From NCBI GenBank assembly GCA_966128725.1, contig CBHYLN010000003.1, positions 17,177 to 81,176 on the forward strand: a DNA stretch of 64,000 bases, written 5' to 3'. A model generated the notes under the pieces. It was not told where the DNA came from, did no database searches, and saw only the letters and a program-made list of their open reading frames with translations. A program made the position numbers and the translations under genes. Below, piece by piece: positions 7,291-18,037 of this stretch. The DNA comes from an uncultured bacterium. Lineage in GTDB: Bacteria; Bacteroidota; Ignavibacteria; OLB7. How positions within the stretch are numbered: the stretch's first letter is position 1; every line of letters begins with the position of its first letter.

Positions 7291-9972
7291 ATGGCCAAGC
7301 AGCGCACGCCGCTCATGCGGCAGTATCATCAGATCAAGGAACGGTACCCCGATACGATACTTCTGTTCCGTCTCGGCGACTTCTACGAAACGTTCGAGGA
7401 GGATGCCGGGATCACCGCGCGTGTATGCGGCATTACGCTGACCAAGCGAGGCAATGGTGCCGAGGAGGAAACACCGCTTGCAGGCTTCCCCTACCACCAG
7501 CTCGACAACTACATCCCCAAGCTGGTGCGGGCGGGATATCGTGTCGCCGTCTGCGAGCAGTTGGAGGACCCCAAGCTGGCGCGCGGCATCGTGCGGCGGG
7601 ATGTCATCGAAGTGGTGACCCCTGGCGTGGCCATGAGCGAGAAGCTGCTGGATGCCGGCAGGAACAATTACCTCGCGGCGGTCGATATCGCCAAAGGCGT
7701 GGCCGGCATCGCGTTCTGCGACATCTCCACCGGAGAATTCCAGGCGCTGGAGCTTTCGCTGGATGAACTGGACGAGGTGCTGGAAACGATCGGCCCGGCC
7801 GAGATCATCATCAACCGGGCACAGAAGGATCTGTTCGCTGCCCGCCGCATCAGCTCCGAGCCCCGGATAACGAAGCTGGAGGAATGGATCTTCGATGCCG
7901 AGTTCGCCAACGAACGGTTGCGCGAGCACTTCGGAACGCAGTCGTTGAAGGGCTTCGGGCTGGAACAGGAGGAACGCGCCGTAGTGGCCGCCGGCGCGAT
8001 CATGCATTATCTGATGGAAACCCAGCGCGCACGCCTGGGCCACATTCGCAAGATCACCCGCTACGCCCACGGCGATTACATCGCGCTGGACCCCGCAACC
8101 AAGCGGAATCTGGAAATCATCTTCTCGGCCAACGACGGTGGCCGCCACGGCTCGCTGATCGGCGTGATCGATCGGACCTCCACACCGATGGGCGGGCGCC
8201 TGTTGAAGCGATGGCTTGTGCATCCGCTGAAATCCCGAACGGCCATCGAGAAGCGCCTGTCGGCGGTGGATGCGCTGGTGACATCGGCGTCGATAGCCGC
8301 CGAGCTTGAAAAGGAGCTGCGCGCGACAAGCGATCTGGAACGCATCATCGCCCGCGTGGCAACCGCACGCGCAACCCCGCGCGATCTGGGTTCGGTGCGT
8401 GATACCCTGGCGCGGATCCCGCGCGTTGCCGATCTGCTGGCACGCTCGGATAACGCCACGCTTGGCGCACTTGGCGAGGCAATGGCCGCGCTTGATGACC
8501 TTGTGGCCCATCTGGAAGCCGCGCTCCCGGACGAACCGCCCGCAACGCTGGCCGATGGCGGGGCGCTGCGCTCCGGCTTTTCGCCGGAGCTGGACGAACT
8601 GCGCGACCTGCGCGCTTCCGGCAAAAGCTTCCTGGAGAGTCTTCAGGAGCGCGAACGAACACGCACCGGCATCAGCTCGCTGAAGGTTGGCTTCAACAAC
8701 GTATTCGGCTACTACATCGAGATCACCAACGCCAATCGCGATCGCACGCCGGATGACTACATCCGCAAGCAGACGCTGGCCAACGCCGAACGCTACATCA
8801 CGCCGGAACTGAAGGAGTACGAGGAGAAGATCCTGCACGCCGAGGAAAAGCTGTCGGCGTTGGAGCGCGAGCTATTCGGCGAGCTGCAGGCGTTCACGGC
8901 CGAACGGAGCGAGCCGATCCTGCGCAACGCGCAACTGCTTGCCATGCTGGATTGCTTCGTGGGGTTTGCCCGCCTGGCACGCGAGCGCGATTACCGCCGG
9001 CCCGACATCGAGGATTCCACGCGGCTGGAGATTGTTGGCGGCCGCCATCCGGTTGTTGAAACGCTGCTACCCCCCGGCGAGCGATATGTGCCGAACGGCA
9101 CGTCGCTCAACGCCGAGGATCGGCAGATCGCGATCATCACCGGCCCGAACATGGCCGGCAAGTCGTCCTATCTGCGCCAGGTTGGCCTGATCGTGCTGCT
9201 GGCACAGATAGGCTCGTTCGTGCCGGCGGAGTCGGCGGTGATCGGCGTGGTGGATAAGATCTTCACACGGGTTGGGGCGCAGGACAACATCGCCGCCGGC
9301 GAGAGCACGTTCCTGGTGGAGATGCACGAAGCAGCCAACATCCTCAACAACGCAACGCCAGCCAGCCTGATCCTGCTGGACGAGGTTGGGCGCGGGACAT
9401 CCACGTTCGACGGTATCTCCATCGCGTGGTCGATGACCGAATACATTCACGATCGGCTTGGCGCCCGCACGTTGTTCGCCACGCACTACCACGAACTGAA
9501 CGCGCTGGCCGACCGCTTCGAGCGGATCCAGAACTACAAGGTGGAGGTTCGCGAGCACGACGACCGCGTGATCTTCCTTCGAACCGTTACCCCGGGCACG
9601 GCCGATCACTCCTACGGCATCCATGTGGCCCAGATGGCCGGCCTGCCCGAGGCGGTTACCGCCCGCGCTCGCGAGATCATGGCGCAACTGGAAAGCGCTT
9701 CCGAAGGCAACCCGATAGGCGGAACCGAGGAGGCCCTTGCACACGCGGCCGCGCAACACGGCGGCGCCCGCAGGATGGCCGCGCACGAGATTGCGCAGCG
9801 AACCACCAACGAGCAGCGCGCCGCCACGCCGCAGATCTCCATGTTCGAGATCGCCGCCGATCCGGCGCTTGAAGAGCTTCGCACGCGATTGATGGGATTG
9901 AACCTGAACGCGATGACACCCGTGGAAGCACTGGTGGAGCTGGATCGCCTGCGCCGCATGCTGACCCCGTAA
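7291..9972 (+). CDS. mutS: DNA mismatch repair protein MutS.
   Basis: Full-length MutS, 893 aa: mismatch-binding N-terminus (MRQYHQIKERYPDTILLFRLGDFYETF), Walker A (GPNMAGKSSY) and a C-terminal HTH. Confidence 0.95.
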   Translation: MAKQRTPLMRQYHQIKERYPDTILLFRLGDFYETFEEDAGITARVCGITLTKRGNGAEEETPLAGFPYHQLDNYIPKLVRAGYRVAVCEQLEDPKLARGIVRRDVIEVVTPGVAMSEKLLDAGRNNYLAAVDIAKGVAGIAFCDISTGEFQALELSLDELDEVLETIGPAEIIINRAQKDLFAARRISSEPRITKLEEWIFDAEFANERLREHFGTQSLKGFGLEQEERAVVAAGAIMHYLMETQRARLGHIRKITRYAHGDYIALDPATKRNLEIIFSANDGGRHGSLIGVIDRTSTPMGGRLLKRWLVHPLKSRTAIEKRLSAVDALVTSASIAAELEKELRATSDLERIIARVATARATPRDLGSVRDTLARIPRVADLLARSDNATLGALGEAMAALDDLVAHLEAALPDEPPATLADGGALRSGFSPELDELRDLRASGKSFLESLQERERTRTGISSLKVGFNNVFGYYIEITNANRDRTPDDYIRKQTLANAERYITPELKEYEEKILHAEEKLSALERELFGELQAFTAERSEPILRNAQLLAMLDCFVGFARLARERDYRRPDIEDSTRLEIVGGRHPVVETLLPPGERYVPNGTSLNAEDRQIAIITGPNMAGKSSYLRQVGLIVLLAQIGSFVPAESAVIGVVDKIFTRVGAQDNIAAGESTFLVEMHEAANILNNATPASLILLDEVGRGTSTFDGISIAWSMTEYIHDRLGARTLFATHYHELNALADRFERIQNYKVEVREHDDRVIFLRTVTPGTADHSYGIHVAQMAGLPEAVTARAREIMAQLESASEGNPIGGTEEALAHAAAQHGGARRMAAHEIAQRTTNEQRAATPQISMFEIAADPALEELRTRLMGLNLNAMTPVEALVELDRLRRMLTP

Positions 9973-10017
9973 GCGATCATCGCGTAGCAGGAGTGCTCAG
10001 GCGCCGGCCACACTGCG

Positions 10018-10065
10018 GGCACGGCAACCGCATCCACACTGCGGGCATGCGATCGTTGCCGTGCC
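10018..10065 (+). other. Long imperfect hairpin with an internal 14-nt direct repeat, downstream of mutS.
   Basis: GGCACGGCAAC…GTTGCCGTGCC is an 11-bp stem. CCACACTGCGGGCA occurs twice (10008-10021, 10034-10047). No T-run follows, so terminator function is uncertain. Confidence 0.35.
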
Positions 10066-10469
10066 GCAATTACCCACCCTGCATCATTGCGGGGGTGGGG
10101 CCAGGCATGCTCCACACACCCACATCACCGTCCATTTGTAACGATGACGTAACCAAACATTTACGGTATTTCGTCGCGAGTTGCCTTTCCTGTTCCCTTC
10201 AGAGTTTGTAGAATAGCATCATACGCGCTGAACGTGTCGAGCAGACGTTATTCATCCCCCGCGCGTGAGTGTGTCCAGCACTCGGTCCCATGTCCCCCGT
10301 CACGTGTTCCTCCGACGGGGTTTCGACACACGACACATCAACAAAATCGACAACCCACTGCTGCCGGCCGCAGTGTCGCGCCGTGTATTGCCATGCATTG
10401 CACGTTGGCAGAGCAAGCTTTGCTCTGTCTTGAATCTCTTCATCCCAAACAATTCAGGAGAAATCGTCC

Positions 10470-13400
10470 ATGCGACGAATTTACGTTCCGCTTCTGGCGG
10501 TGCTCGGCGCGCTGTTGTTTACAGCGCTGCCTACGTATGCAAACCTTGCCGATTACGGCTTCTCGGTGGGGCAAGGTGGTTGGTTGAAATCGGAAACCAC
10601 AACAATCCTCAAAGCCGGCAGCAACGACGATGCCTCGGCTGTGAACGATATAGGATTCACGTTCTATTTCGACGGGCAGCCGTACACTCAGTTCTCCGTC
10701 AGCTCGAACGGCCTGATCGGCCTTGGTTCGCAGCAGGTTACGCCATGTTGGCTGAACCAGCTCACCACACCGAGCGGCGAGTGCGACGGCACCGGCGGGT
10801 ATGACTTCACGCTGGCGAATGTGCCGCACATCGCGCCGTTCTGGGACGATCTCCGCATCCCCGACAGCCGCAACGACGGCTTCGACAGCGACATCTCCTA
10901 CGGCCTGATCGGCGAAGCGCCGAACCGGATCCTGGTAATCAACTTCCGCGACATCGAGACCGATTACTTCAATTTCAACTACAGCAGTTTCCAGGTTCGC
11001 CTGTACGAGACATCGAACACAATCGAGTTCTTCTACAGCTATCTGAACCCGAGCTATTCCGGCAACGGTGCCTCGATTGGCCTGGCGATCAGCGATCGCA
11101 ACTACCTGAGCGTGTCGCCCGCCTTCGAAGGCGCGTATGTTAACGGCCAGGAGGTCAACGACTCGTATTACCCATCCGAGCCCTCGATCCCCGAGGGAAC
11201 GATGTACACCTTCCGCCCGTGCCAGATTACCTTCACCGGCAACGTTGACGAAGGCGGCACCAGCAGCATGGCCAACGGTGACGTGTTATTGGTTGGCAAG
11301 CAGGCGATGGTGTATTCGTACGCATCGTACATACCGTTTTCGATGACGATGGACGGCGCGTGCAGCTCGCGCGTGGTTACCGCATCGATTGTTGGGCCCG
11401 ACGCTTCGGATTATTCCTTCTCGCCGGAGAACTTCACCCTGTATGCCGGCAACGAACCCACGCAGGCATATGTTGGGTTCCACCCCACCGGCATCGGCGT
11501 GCGCCACGCCACGCTGGAACTGGTTGACGATCACGGCACCACGTATTCGTTCGAGCTTGCGGCCGAGGGCCTGCCGCGAATCATCTATATCGGCGATGTG
11601 AATCAGGGTGGTACCGACGGCATGGCCAGCGGCGACGTCCTGATGACCAACGTGCATGTGCATCGCAACGAAAGCGGCACGTTCACACCGTTCGCACTGC
11701 AGAACATCTCCGAGGAAAAGGAATCACAGGCTGCGGCCGTTTCCTACTGGATCAAGGGCATCAGCGGTGGCCAGTACTCCATCGATCCGCCGAACACGTC
11801 GATCGGCAGCGGCGACAGCCACACGCCCACGATCACATTTGCCCCAACCACCGTTGGCCCGGTGCTTGACTCGCTGTTTGTTACCGCCGACGGCCAGACC
11901 CGTGCGTTTGCGCTGCTGGCCACCGGCGACGGGGTCGGCGCCGAGTTCATCGCCGGCAACGAGAAGCTGCATGATTCATCGACCCTGTTCGTGAACTCGT
12001 ACAGCTGCTCGGGTTCCGGACCGATCACGATCGCCGTTCGCGTGCGCAACATTGGCAATCAGCCGATGAACATCACCGGCGCGGACTTCTACATCACCGA
12101 CTCGGTGTACCAGCAGGGCTCGCCACGGTACCCGCTGCTGTGGGGTAACCAGGAATCACCGGAACGCTCCAACGACTATATCATCACCGAGCATCCCCCG
12201 GTATTGCCGATCACCGGCGCGCAGGCCTCGTTCCCGATCACCGTGGAAACCGGCACAACCAAGGTGATCTACTTTACCTTCATCAGCCAGCAGCCGGGCA
12301 AGCGTTTCGCGCGCGCGTTCGTGCATACCGATGCGGAGAACTTCAGCTCGCATGGGATGTACGGGCAAAGCATCGAAGGCTTGCTGACGCTGGATCTGTT
12401 CGGTCGTGGCATTGGCGGAAACCTTTCGGACAACGCGGCGGGCGGTGTGCCCAAGAGCATCCTTATGCCGGCAACCAAGGTTGGCCAGTCGACCGATGCA
12501 ACCGTGAATCTCTTCAACGTTGGCACGTGCGACCTTCGCATCGCGATGAACTCCTTCCGATTCACCGCGGACGATGCCGATGAGTACACGGTTACATCAC
12601 TGCCCCTTGGCACGCTTGACCCAGCCACGAACGATCTGGTGCTGGCCCCGGGCCAGAGCACGTCGTTCCAGGTTCGGTTCACGCCGTCGCAGCTTGGCTC
12701 GCGCCGCGCCACAATGCACCTGCAGACCAACGATTCGTCGTACATCATCCCGGGCATCACCGAGCGCGGTGGCTACTACCTGGATTTCTACGGCAACGTC
12801 GGCAACGGCATCATGGTTAACGGCATCAATTTCGGCACCGTGCTGGCAACAGGCAGCAGTGTGGGCACGCTCGACGCCACGGCCGCGATTGTCAACGTGA
12901 CGAACGCACCGGTAACCATCACCAAGCTGGAGATCACCGGCGCCGACGCGGCCAGCTTTACGCCGGGCACGGGTGGCGCATGGACCACACCGCTGGTAAT
13001 CGCCCCGAACACGGTACACACCCTGCCGGTGCACTTCGCGCCGACATCGAACACCACCGGCCTGCGTACCGCGGAACTGGTGGCAACAACCGACGACGGC
13101 AACGTGATCAACGGCACGCTGAGCGGCATGGTGGGCACGCGCACGCTTACCGCAAGCGCAACGGATCTGAGCTTCGCGGTGGGTGTTGGGCGCACGCAGC
13201 GCCGCTCGGTAACGATCGCCAATAACGGCACGCTTCCGGTTCAGATCACGTCGGTGACGGTGGAAGGGACCGACAAGGGCAGCTACACGGTGCTTCCGCT
13301 GGAGCGCACCACGCTGATCCCAGGCCAAAGCGAGTTGGTGGAGCTTGCCTTCCGCCCAACGGCAACGGGTGCGACAACCGCCACGCTGGTGATAACAAGC

Positions 13401-13829
13401 AACTCCACCGACGGCGCCATCAACGTGACGCTGAACGGCATGGCCCGCACGGCTCGCCCGGTGGATGATCCCTCGGCCACGACCGGTGCCATCACCGGAC
13501 GCGCCGACGAGCTTGCGCATTCGGCAAGCGACTTGGTCAGTGGTCTGGCATCCGAAACAACGCTGAACGGTGTGGCGTTGCAGGCGAGCGTGCCGAACCC
13601 GGTGCGTGATGTGGCCACAATCGGCTACACGGTGCCAAGCCGTGGGAACGTGCTGATCGAGCTGTTCGACGCAACCGGCGCACTGGTGCGCGTGGTGGAA
13701 TCCGGAGCCCGTGAGGCCGGTTCGTACTCCGTGCAGGTCGATGTGCGGAATCTGGCATCGGGCGTGTATCATTACCGGCTTACGGCCAACGGCGTGCGCC
13801 TTGCACGCACGATGAACGTGGTGCGGTAG
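10470..13829 (+). CDS. Large secreted cell-surface protein with a T9SS (Por) C-terminal sorting domain.
   Basis: Signal peptide (MRRIYVPLLAVLGALLFTALPTYA), Ig-like/beta-sandwich-rich body, and a C-terminal ~80-aa Por_Secre_tail (…VPNPVRDVATIGYTVPSRGNVLIELFDATGALVRVV…YHYRLTANG…). AGGAGA RBS 9 nt upstream of the ATG. Confidence 0.8.
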   Translation: MRRIYVPLLAVLGALLFTALPTYANLADYGFSVGQGGWLKSETTTILKAGSNDDASAVNDIGFTFYFDGQPYTQFSVSSNGLIGLGSQQVTPCWLNQLTTPSGECDGTGGYDFTLANVPHIAPFWDDLRIPDSRNDGFDSDISYGLIGEAPNRILVINFRDIETDYFNFNYSSFQVRLYETSNTIEFFYSYLNPSYSGNGASIGLAISDRNYLSVSPAFEGAYVNGQEVNDSYYPSEPSIPEGTMYTFRPCQITFTGNVDEGGTSSMANGDVLLVGKQAMVYSYASYIPFSMTMDGACSSRVVTASIVGPDASDYSFSPENFTLYAGNEPTQAYVGFHPTGIGVRHATLELVDDHGTTYSFELAAEGLPRIIYIGDVNQGGTDGMASGDVLMTNVHVHRNESGTFTPFALQNISEEKESQAAAVSYWIKGISGGQYSIDPPNTSIGSGDSHTPTITFAPTTVGPVLDSLFVTADGQTRAFALLATGDGVGAEFIAGNEKLHDSSTLFVNSYSCSGSGPITIAVRVRNIGNQPMNITGADFYITDSVYQQGSPRYPLLWGNQESPERSNDYIITEHPPVLPITGAQASFPITVETGTTKVIYFTFISQQPGKRFARAFVHTDAENFSSHGMYGQSIEGLLTLDLFGRGIGGNLSDNAAGGVPKSILMPATKVGQSTDATVNLFNVGTCDLRIAMNSFRFTADDADEYTVTSLPLGTLDPATNDLVLAPGQSTSFQVRFTPSQLGSRRATMHLQTNDSSYIIPGITERGGYYLDFYGNVGNGIMVNGINFGTVLATGSSVGTLDATAAIVNVTNAPVTITKLEITGADAASFTPGTGGAWTTPLVIAPNTVHTLPVHFAPTSNTTGLRTAELVATTDDGNVINGTLSGMVGTRTLTASATDLSFAVGVGRTQRRSVTIANNGTLPVQITSVTVEGTDKGSYTVLPLERTTLIPGQSELVELAFRPTATGATTATLVITSNSTDGAINVTLNGMARTARPVDDPSATTGAITGRADELAHSASDLVSGLASETTLNGVALQASVPNPVRDVATIGYTVPSRGNVLIELFDATGALVRVVESGAREAGSYSVQVDVRNLASGVYHYRLTANGVRLARTMNVVR

Positions 13830-13883
13830 TGAGCAACACATACACGGCGGGCTGATACCGGCCTACGTGTTTCGCTGTGTGAT

Positions 13884-13925
13884 GGGGCGGCCCCGGCTAT
13901 CGGGGTCGCCCCACTGTTTATCGGG
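13884..13925 (+). terminator. Rho-independent terminator after the T9SS cargo gene.
   Basis: GGGGCGGCCCCG-GCTAT-CGGGGTCGCCCC forms a 12-bp stem with one mismatch, followed by ACTGTTTATC. Confidence 0.5.
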
Positions 13926-14043
13926 GATTCGCGATCTTTGTTGGCTGTGATGGCACATCTTCGTGCATCGGCGGCTCACCCTTCCCGTACGGCACGGCCG
14001 TGGTACCACACGGACCGTGGCTGCGGTATCCAACCGAATCGAC

Positions 14044-14787
14044 ATGACCAAGCTGAGTGTAAACGTCAACAAGGTGGCAACGCTGCGGAATACGCGCACC
14101 ATCGGGATACCGAGCGTAACCCGCCTGGCGCGTATCTGCCTGGATGCCGGCGCACACGGCATCACCGTGCATCCGCGGCCCGACGCGCGGCATATCCGGC
14201 CCCACGACGTTGAGGAAATCGCCCTGCTGATGAAGGAATATCCGAGCGCGGAGTTCAACATCGAGGGGAACCCGTTCCACGGCTACATGGAGTATGCCGA
14301 ACGATTCACGCCCGCGCAGTGCACGCTTGTGCCCGACGAACCGGAAGCCTTCACCAGCAATCAGGGCTGGAACCTGCGTCGCGATGCCGACCGGCTGCGC
14401 CCGATTATCGAGCGCCTGAAGGGATACGGATGCCGTGTAAGTCTCTTCATGGATGCCGGCACGTCCGATCTGGATCTGGCGGCCGCGATCGGCGCCGATC
14501 GCATCGAGCTGTACACCGAGCCATACGCGGCGGCGTTCGCGGGCAACCGCGACGGTACTGCCGCCGGTCCGTTCGCGGAGACCGCCGCGCAAGCCGCAAC
14601 GCGTGGCCTTGGGGTGAATGCCGGGCACGACCTGAACCTGGAAAATCTTGGCCCGTTCCTGGCCTCGGTTGGCAACGTGCTGGAGGTTTCGATTGGCCAC
14701 GCTCTTGTGGCCGACGCACTGGAATTCGGCATGGCCGAGACGGTCCGGATGTATCTCGATACAATCAACGGTGTCGGCAGGCGCTGA
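14044..14787 (+). CDS. pdxJ: Pyridoxine 5'-phosphate synthase.
   Basis: MTKLSVNVNKVATLRNTR… plus the PdxJ TIM-barrel motifs (GITVHPRPDARHI, EGNP). ATG at 14044. The upstream part of ORF 13963.. is read-through. Confidence 0.9.
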   Translation: MTKLSVNVNKVATLRNTRTIGIPSVTRLARICLDAGAHGITVHPRPDARHIRPHDVEEIALLMKEYPSAEFNIEGNPFHGYMEYAERFTPAQCTLVPDEPEAFTSNQGWNLRRDADRLRPIIERLKGYGCRVSLFMDAGTSDLDLAAAIGADRIELYTEPYAAAFAGNRDGTAAGPFAETAAQAATRGLGVNAGHDLNLENLGPFLASVGNVLEVSIGHALVADALEFGMAETVRMYLDTINGVGRR

Positions 14788-14832
14788 CGCCTGCCGCGGC
14801 ATCCACACCTTCATTGCTCAATCGGCAAACGC

Positions 14833-15225
14833 ATGAACTATCATCACGCAATCCACTTCACGCTTGGCGAAGCGCGGGCAATGCTTGACGACGCCATCAG
14901 GCTGCTGGAACGCATGCGCATGCTGAAGCAACAGCTCGACAGCAAGGGCTATGATCTGCACATGCACACGGCGCTGGGCGGCTTCGGCGCCAATGGCATG
15001 AAGGCATTCCCCGATCAGATGGAGGAGATCATCCGTCTGTACCACGAGCTGGCACGCAAGGGGATCCTTGTGAAGGATATCGACAAGGGATTGATCGACT
15101 TCCCATGCATTCGATCGAACGGCGAGGAAGTCTATATCTGCTACATGCTCGGCGAAGAGGGGATAGGGTACTGGCATCACATCGCCGACGGCCTCGCGGG
15201 ACGGCAACCAATCGAGACGCTGTGA
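14833..15225 (+). CDS. Conserved hypothetical protein (possibly DUF2203-like).
   Basis: 130-aa ORF with good coding character, in tandem with pdxJ and the cysteine desulfurase. No firm family assignment. Confidence 0.55.
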   Translation: MNYHHAIHFTLGEARAMLDDAIRLLERMRMLKQQLDSKGYDLHMHTALGGFGANGMKAFPDQMEEIIRLYHELARKGILVKDIDKGLIDFPCIRSNGEEVYICYMLGEEGIGYWHHIADGLAGRQPIETL

Positions 15226-15277
15226 ACGTGGCCACGCCGGCACGCCATCGTTGTACGGGCACGCTAGGGATGCACAT

Positions 15278-16441
15278 ATGATTTATCTGGACAACAGCGC
15301 TACCACGCCTCTTGACCCCGAGGTTGCCCGGTGCATGGACCAATGGCGCGCAACGAATTTCGCCAACGCCAGCTCGGCGCACCGTCTGGGACAGCAGGCG
15401 CGCGTTGCAATCGAGGAAGCCCGCGAACGGCTGGCAAATGCCATCGGCGCCGAATCGAAGGAGATTGTGTTCACCTCCGGCGGCACCGAGGCGAACAATC
15501 ATGCGCTGAAAGGGTACGCGCTGAGCGTGTTCGCACAGCATGGGACATGGCCAACAATCCTTACCACACGCGCCGAACATCACGCGGTGCTGCACCCGGC
15601 GGAGTTCCTCCGCACTATTGGCGCCAACCTGCTGTTGCTGGATGTTGACTCCAGCGGCCGGCTCGATCCCCAACATCTGCGCGAGACGCTGCGCGCGCTG
15701 CCGCCCGGAGCGCCGCCGCTTGTATCGGTAATGCACGCGAACAACGAAACCGGCAGCGTGAATCCGATTGCCGAGCTTGCAGCGGTTGCGCATGAGGCCG
15801 GAGCCATCCTGCATACCGACACGGTACAGAGCTTCGGCAAACTGGATGTTCGTGCCGAATCGCTGGGCGCTGACATGCTGACAATTTCGGCGCACAAGAT
15901 TCACGGGCCTAAGGGCATTGGCGCGTTATACATTCACCGTGCCATCGAGCTGGAACCGCTGATTCACGGAGGCGCGCAGGAACGCAACCGGCGCGGAGGC
16001 ACCGAGCCGGTGGAGCTGGTGCTGGGGTTTGATCGCGCGGCGCAAATAGCGCTCGCAGGCCGCACCGAAACCAGCGCCGGCATGCTCGCGCATATCGAGC
16101 TTCTGCGGAGCCTGCTGTCGTCGATCAACGGCATCCGATTCAACACGCCGCAGGCAGGCGTGTTGCCGAACATCCTGAACGTTACATTCGACGATGCCGC
16201 GGATCTGGACGGCGAAGCGTTGATCGTGGGGATGGATCTGGAAGGCGTGGCGGTGTCGAACGGATCGGCATGCACATCGGGAAGTCTGCAACCCAGCCAC
16301 GTGCTTGCGGCAATGGGTCTGCCGGCGGCACAGGCCCGTGCGGCGGTACGATTCTCGATAAGCCGCACTACGTTGGAGGATGACATCCGCCAGGCTGCAC
16401 AGGCACTGGCGCGCGTGGTGGCGCGCATGCGTACCACCTAG
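15278..16441 (+). CDS. Cysteine desulfurase (NifS/IscS family, class V aminotransferase).
   Basis: MIYLDNSATTPLDPEV…, PLP-lysine motif ISAHKIHGPKG, catalytic Cys in SNGSACTSGS. ATG at 15278; the ORF-track start at 15251 is TTG. Confidence 0.85.
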   Translation: MIYLDNSATTPLDPEVARCMDQWRATNFANASSAHRLGQQARVAIEEARERLANAIGAESKEIVFTSGGTEANNHALKGYALSVFAQHGTWPTILTTRAEHHAVLHPAEFLRTIGANLLLLDVDSSGRLDPQHLRETLRALPPGAPPLVSVMHANNETGSVNPIAELAAVAHEAGAILHTDTVQSFGKLDVRAESLGADMLTISAHKIHGPKGIGALYIHRAIELEPLIHGGAQERNRRGGTEPVELVLGFDRAAQIALAGRTETSAGMLAHIELLRSLLSSINGIRFNTPQAGVLPNILNVTFDDAADLDGEALIVGMDLEGVAVSNGSACTSGSLQPSHVLAAMGLPAAQARAAVRFSISRTTLEDDIRQAAQALARVVARMRTT

Positions 16442-16498
16442 CGCGAACGTTCGGCAGCGGCGCCGTCGCCGCCCGCAACCTTACATCTACGAATACCC

Positions 16499-17137
16499 GT
16501 GATCACGATACAGCCATTCGAATCCGGCCCCGTTGCAACGGTGGCATACCTTGTTATCGACGATACATCGCCCGGTGCGGTTATCATCGACGCTCCGCTG
16601 AATTCCTCAACGGCAATCATCGCCGCGGCCGAGAAAGCAGGCGTGGAGCCGGCGGCGCTTATTCTGACGCACACACATTGGGACCACACCGGCGACGCCG
16701 CAAAGCTGAAGGCTCGGTATCCCGACATGCTGATCTATGTGCATCCAGCCGACGAATATCGCCTTGAAGCCCCGATGGAGCACACGGTGTGGAAGCTCCC
16801 GTTTATTATCGAACCAATCGCCGCCGACCGTCACCTGCATCATGGCGACCGATTCGAGCTGGGCGATATCCACTTCGATGTAATTCACACACCCGGGCAC
16901 ACCGAAGGCGGGATCTGCCTGTACGATGCGGTACACGGCCTGCTGTTCGTGGGCGACACGCTTTTCGCGGGCTCGGTTGGCCGCACCGATCTGCCGGGCG
17001 GCGATTGGGAAACGCTTGCCCGCTCGATCCACGATCGACTGTTGGACCTGCCGGACAACGTGAACGTGTATCCCGGACATGGGCCGCCCACCACCATCGG
17101 CGCGGAGCGGGAGTCGAACCCCTTCGTGGGCACGTAA
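16499..17137 (+). CDS. MBL-fold metallo-hydrolase (glyoxalase II-like).
   Basis: THTHWDHTGD metal-binding motif plus downstream HTPGHTEG and DTLF. GTG start. Confidence 0.8.
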   Translation: MITIQPFESGPVATVAYLVIDDTSPGAVIIDAPLNSSTAIIAAAEKAGVEPAALILTHTHWDHTGDAAKLKARYPDMLIYVHPADEYRLEAPMEHTVWKLPFIIEPIAADRHLHHGDRFELGDIHFDVIHTPGHTEGGICLYDAVHGLLFVGDTLFAGSVGRTDLPGGDWETLARSIHDRLLDLPDNVNVYPGHGPPTTIGAERESNPFVGT

Positions 17138-17164
17138 CACATGTGCCCGAGCACCTGAACCAAC

Positions 17165-17206
17165 GTGGCCCCGGCGCATTGCTGCCCCGGGGCCACTGAT
17201 GTTTCT
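17165..17206 (+). terminator. Rho-independent terminator.
   Basis: GTGGCCCCGG-11 nt-CCGGGGCCAC is a perfect 10-bp stem, followed by TGATGTTTCTC. It lies between convergent genes. Confidence 0.6.
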
Positions 17207-17233
17207 CACGCCGTGTGCTGCGATGCAGGATGC

Positions 17234-17707
17234 TTACCGCACCTGATACCACACCGCGACATTCGCGCCGGGCACGTTGGTCCAACGCTTCTCGGCGGGC
17301 TGTACGCCACCGCTGGGCGTGGTCTTCTGCATTCCACCGCGTCCGGCATCACTGGCGGCCACATCGATCTGCACCTGGCCTACATACAGACGATCGCCGT
17401 CTGGGACGTCCTCGGCATACCGAATGGTAACCTCGGCGCGGCCACGGCCCTGAGTTGGCGAAGCCACCAGCCCGCGACCAATCGGACGTACACGCCAGTC
17501 GACGTTGTTATCGGTGGTTGGTACAATCGTAAAGCTCTTGACCTGGGTTTCAGGCCCCAACACCACTTCCTTGGTGCTCACCGTTACCGATCCGCCGCCA
17601 TTGGTGTTCGAGGAAAGGCCTGGCGCAACGGAGTTGTCGGCACAGGACACGAGCACAGTGGCCATCAGCGCAACGCTGCTCATGATAGTCAGAAATTTTG
17701 CACGCAT
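17234..17707 (-). CDS. Hypothetical lipoprotein.
   Basis: Lipoprotein signal peptide with lipobox (LMATVLVSC↓ADNS). 157 aa, no recognised domain. Confidence 0.65.
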   Translation of the reverse strand: MRAKFLTIMSSVALMATVLVSCADNSVAPGLSSNTNGGGSVTVSTKEVVLGPETQVKSFTIVPTTDNNVDWRVRPIGRGLVASPTQGRGRAEVTIRYAEDVPDGDRLYVGQVQIDVAASDAGRGGMQKTTPSGGVQPAEKRWTNVPGANVAVWYQVR

Positions 17708-18037
17708 TGTCGTATCGTATTAAGTAAACGTGTCGTTTCGCGCCATGTGTGATGGCGCATCCCGCGTGGATGCCGGGCTGTACGCCAGGCGGCGGGAATC
17801 TGTTAATGAAGCTTCGTGCACTGTGACGGTGAACCCTGCATGAAAGTTCCATCCGATAACGTAACGCGACGTATCGGGCGGCCACGGTGGGCCAGCCGCG
17901 GCATCGGCGGTACGCGCCGCGCCGTGCGCAGGCTGCCGTAATGCGCGGGGAAACTCGTCCTGTGCGGACCCCTTCCACCGAAGACATTCTTTCAGCCGCA
18001 GAGTATGTTCGGTACGGCATCGAACACCCCCAACGTA

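Noticed and set aside
7264-8838. 524-aa minus-strand ORF, plus other long antisense ORFs inside mutS (8076-8624, 9067-9786).
   Set aside because: Antisense to full-length MutS. There is no domain signal, and high GC suppresses stop codons on the antisense strand.
13918-14814. 298-aa minus-strand ORF.
   Set aside because: Completely overlaps pdxJ on the opposite strand. pdxJ has unmistakable family motifs and the antisense product does not.
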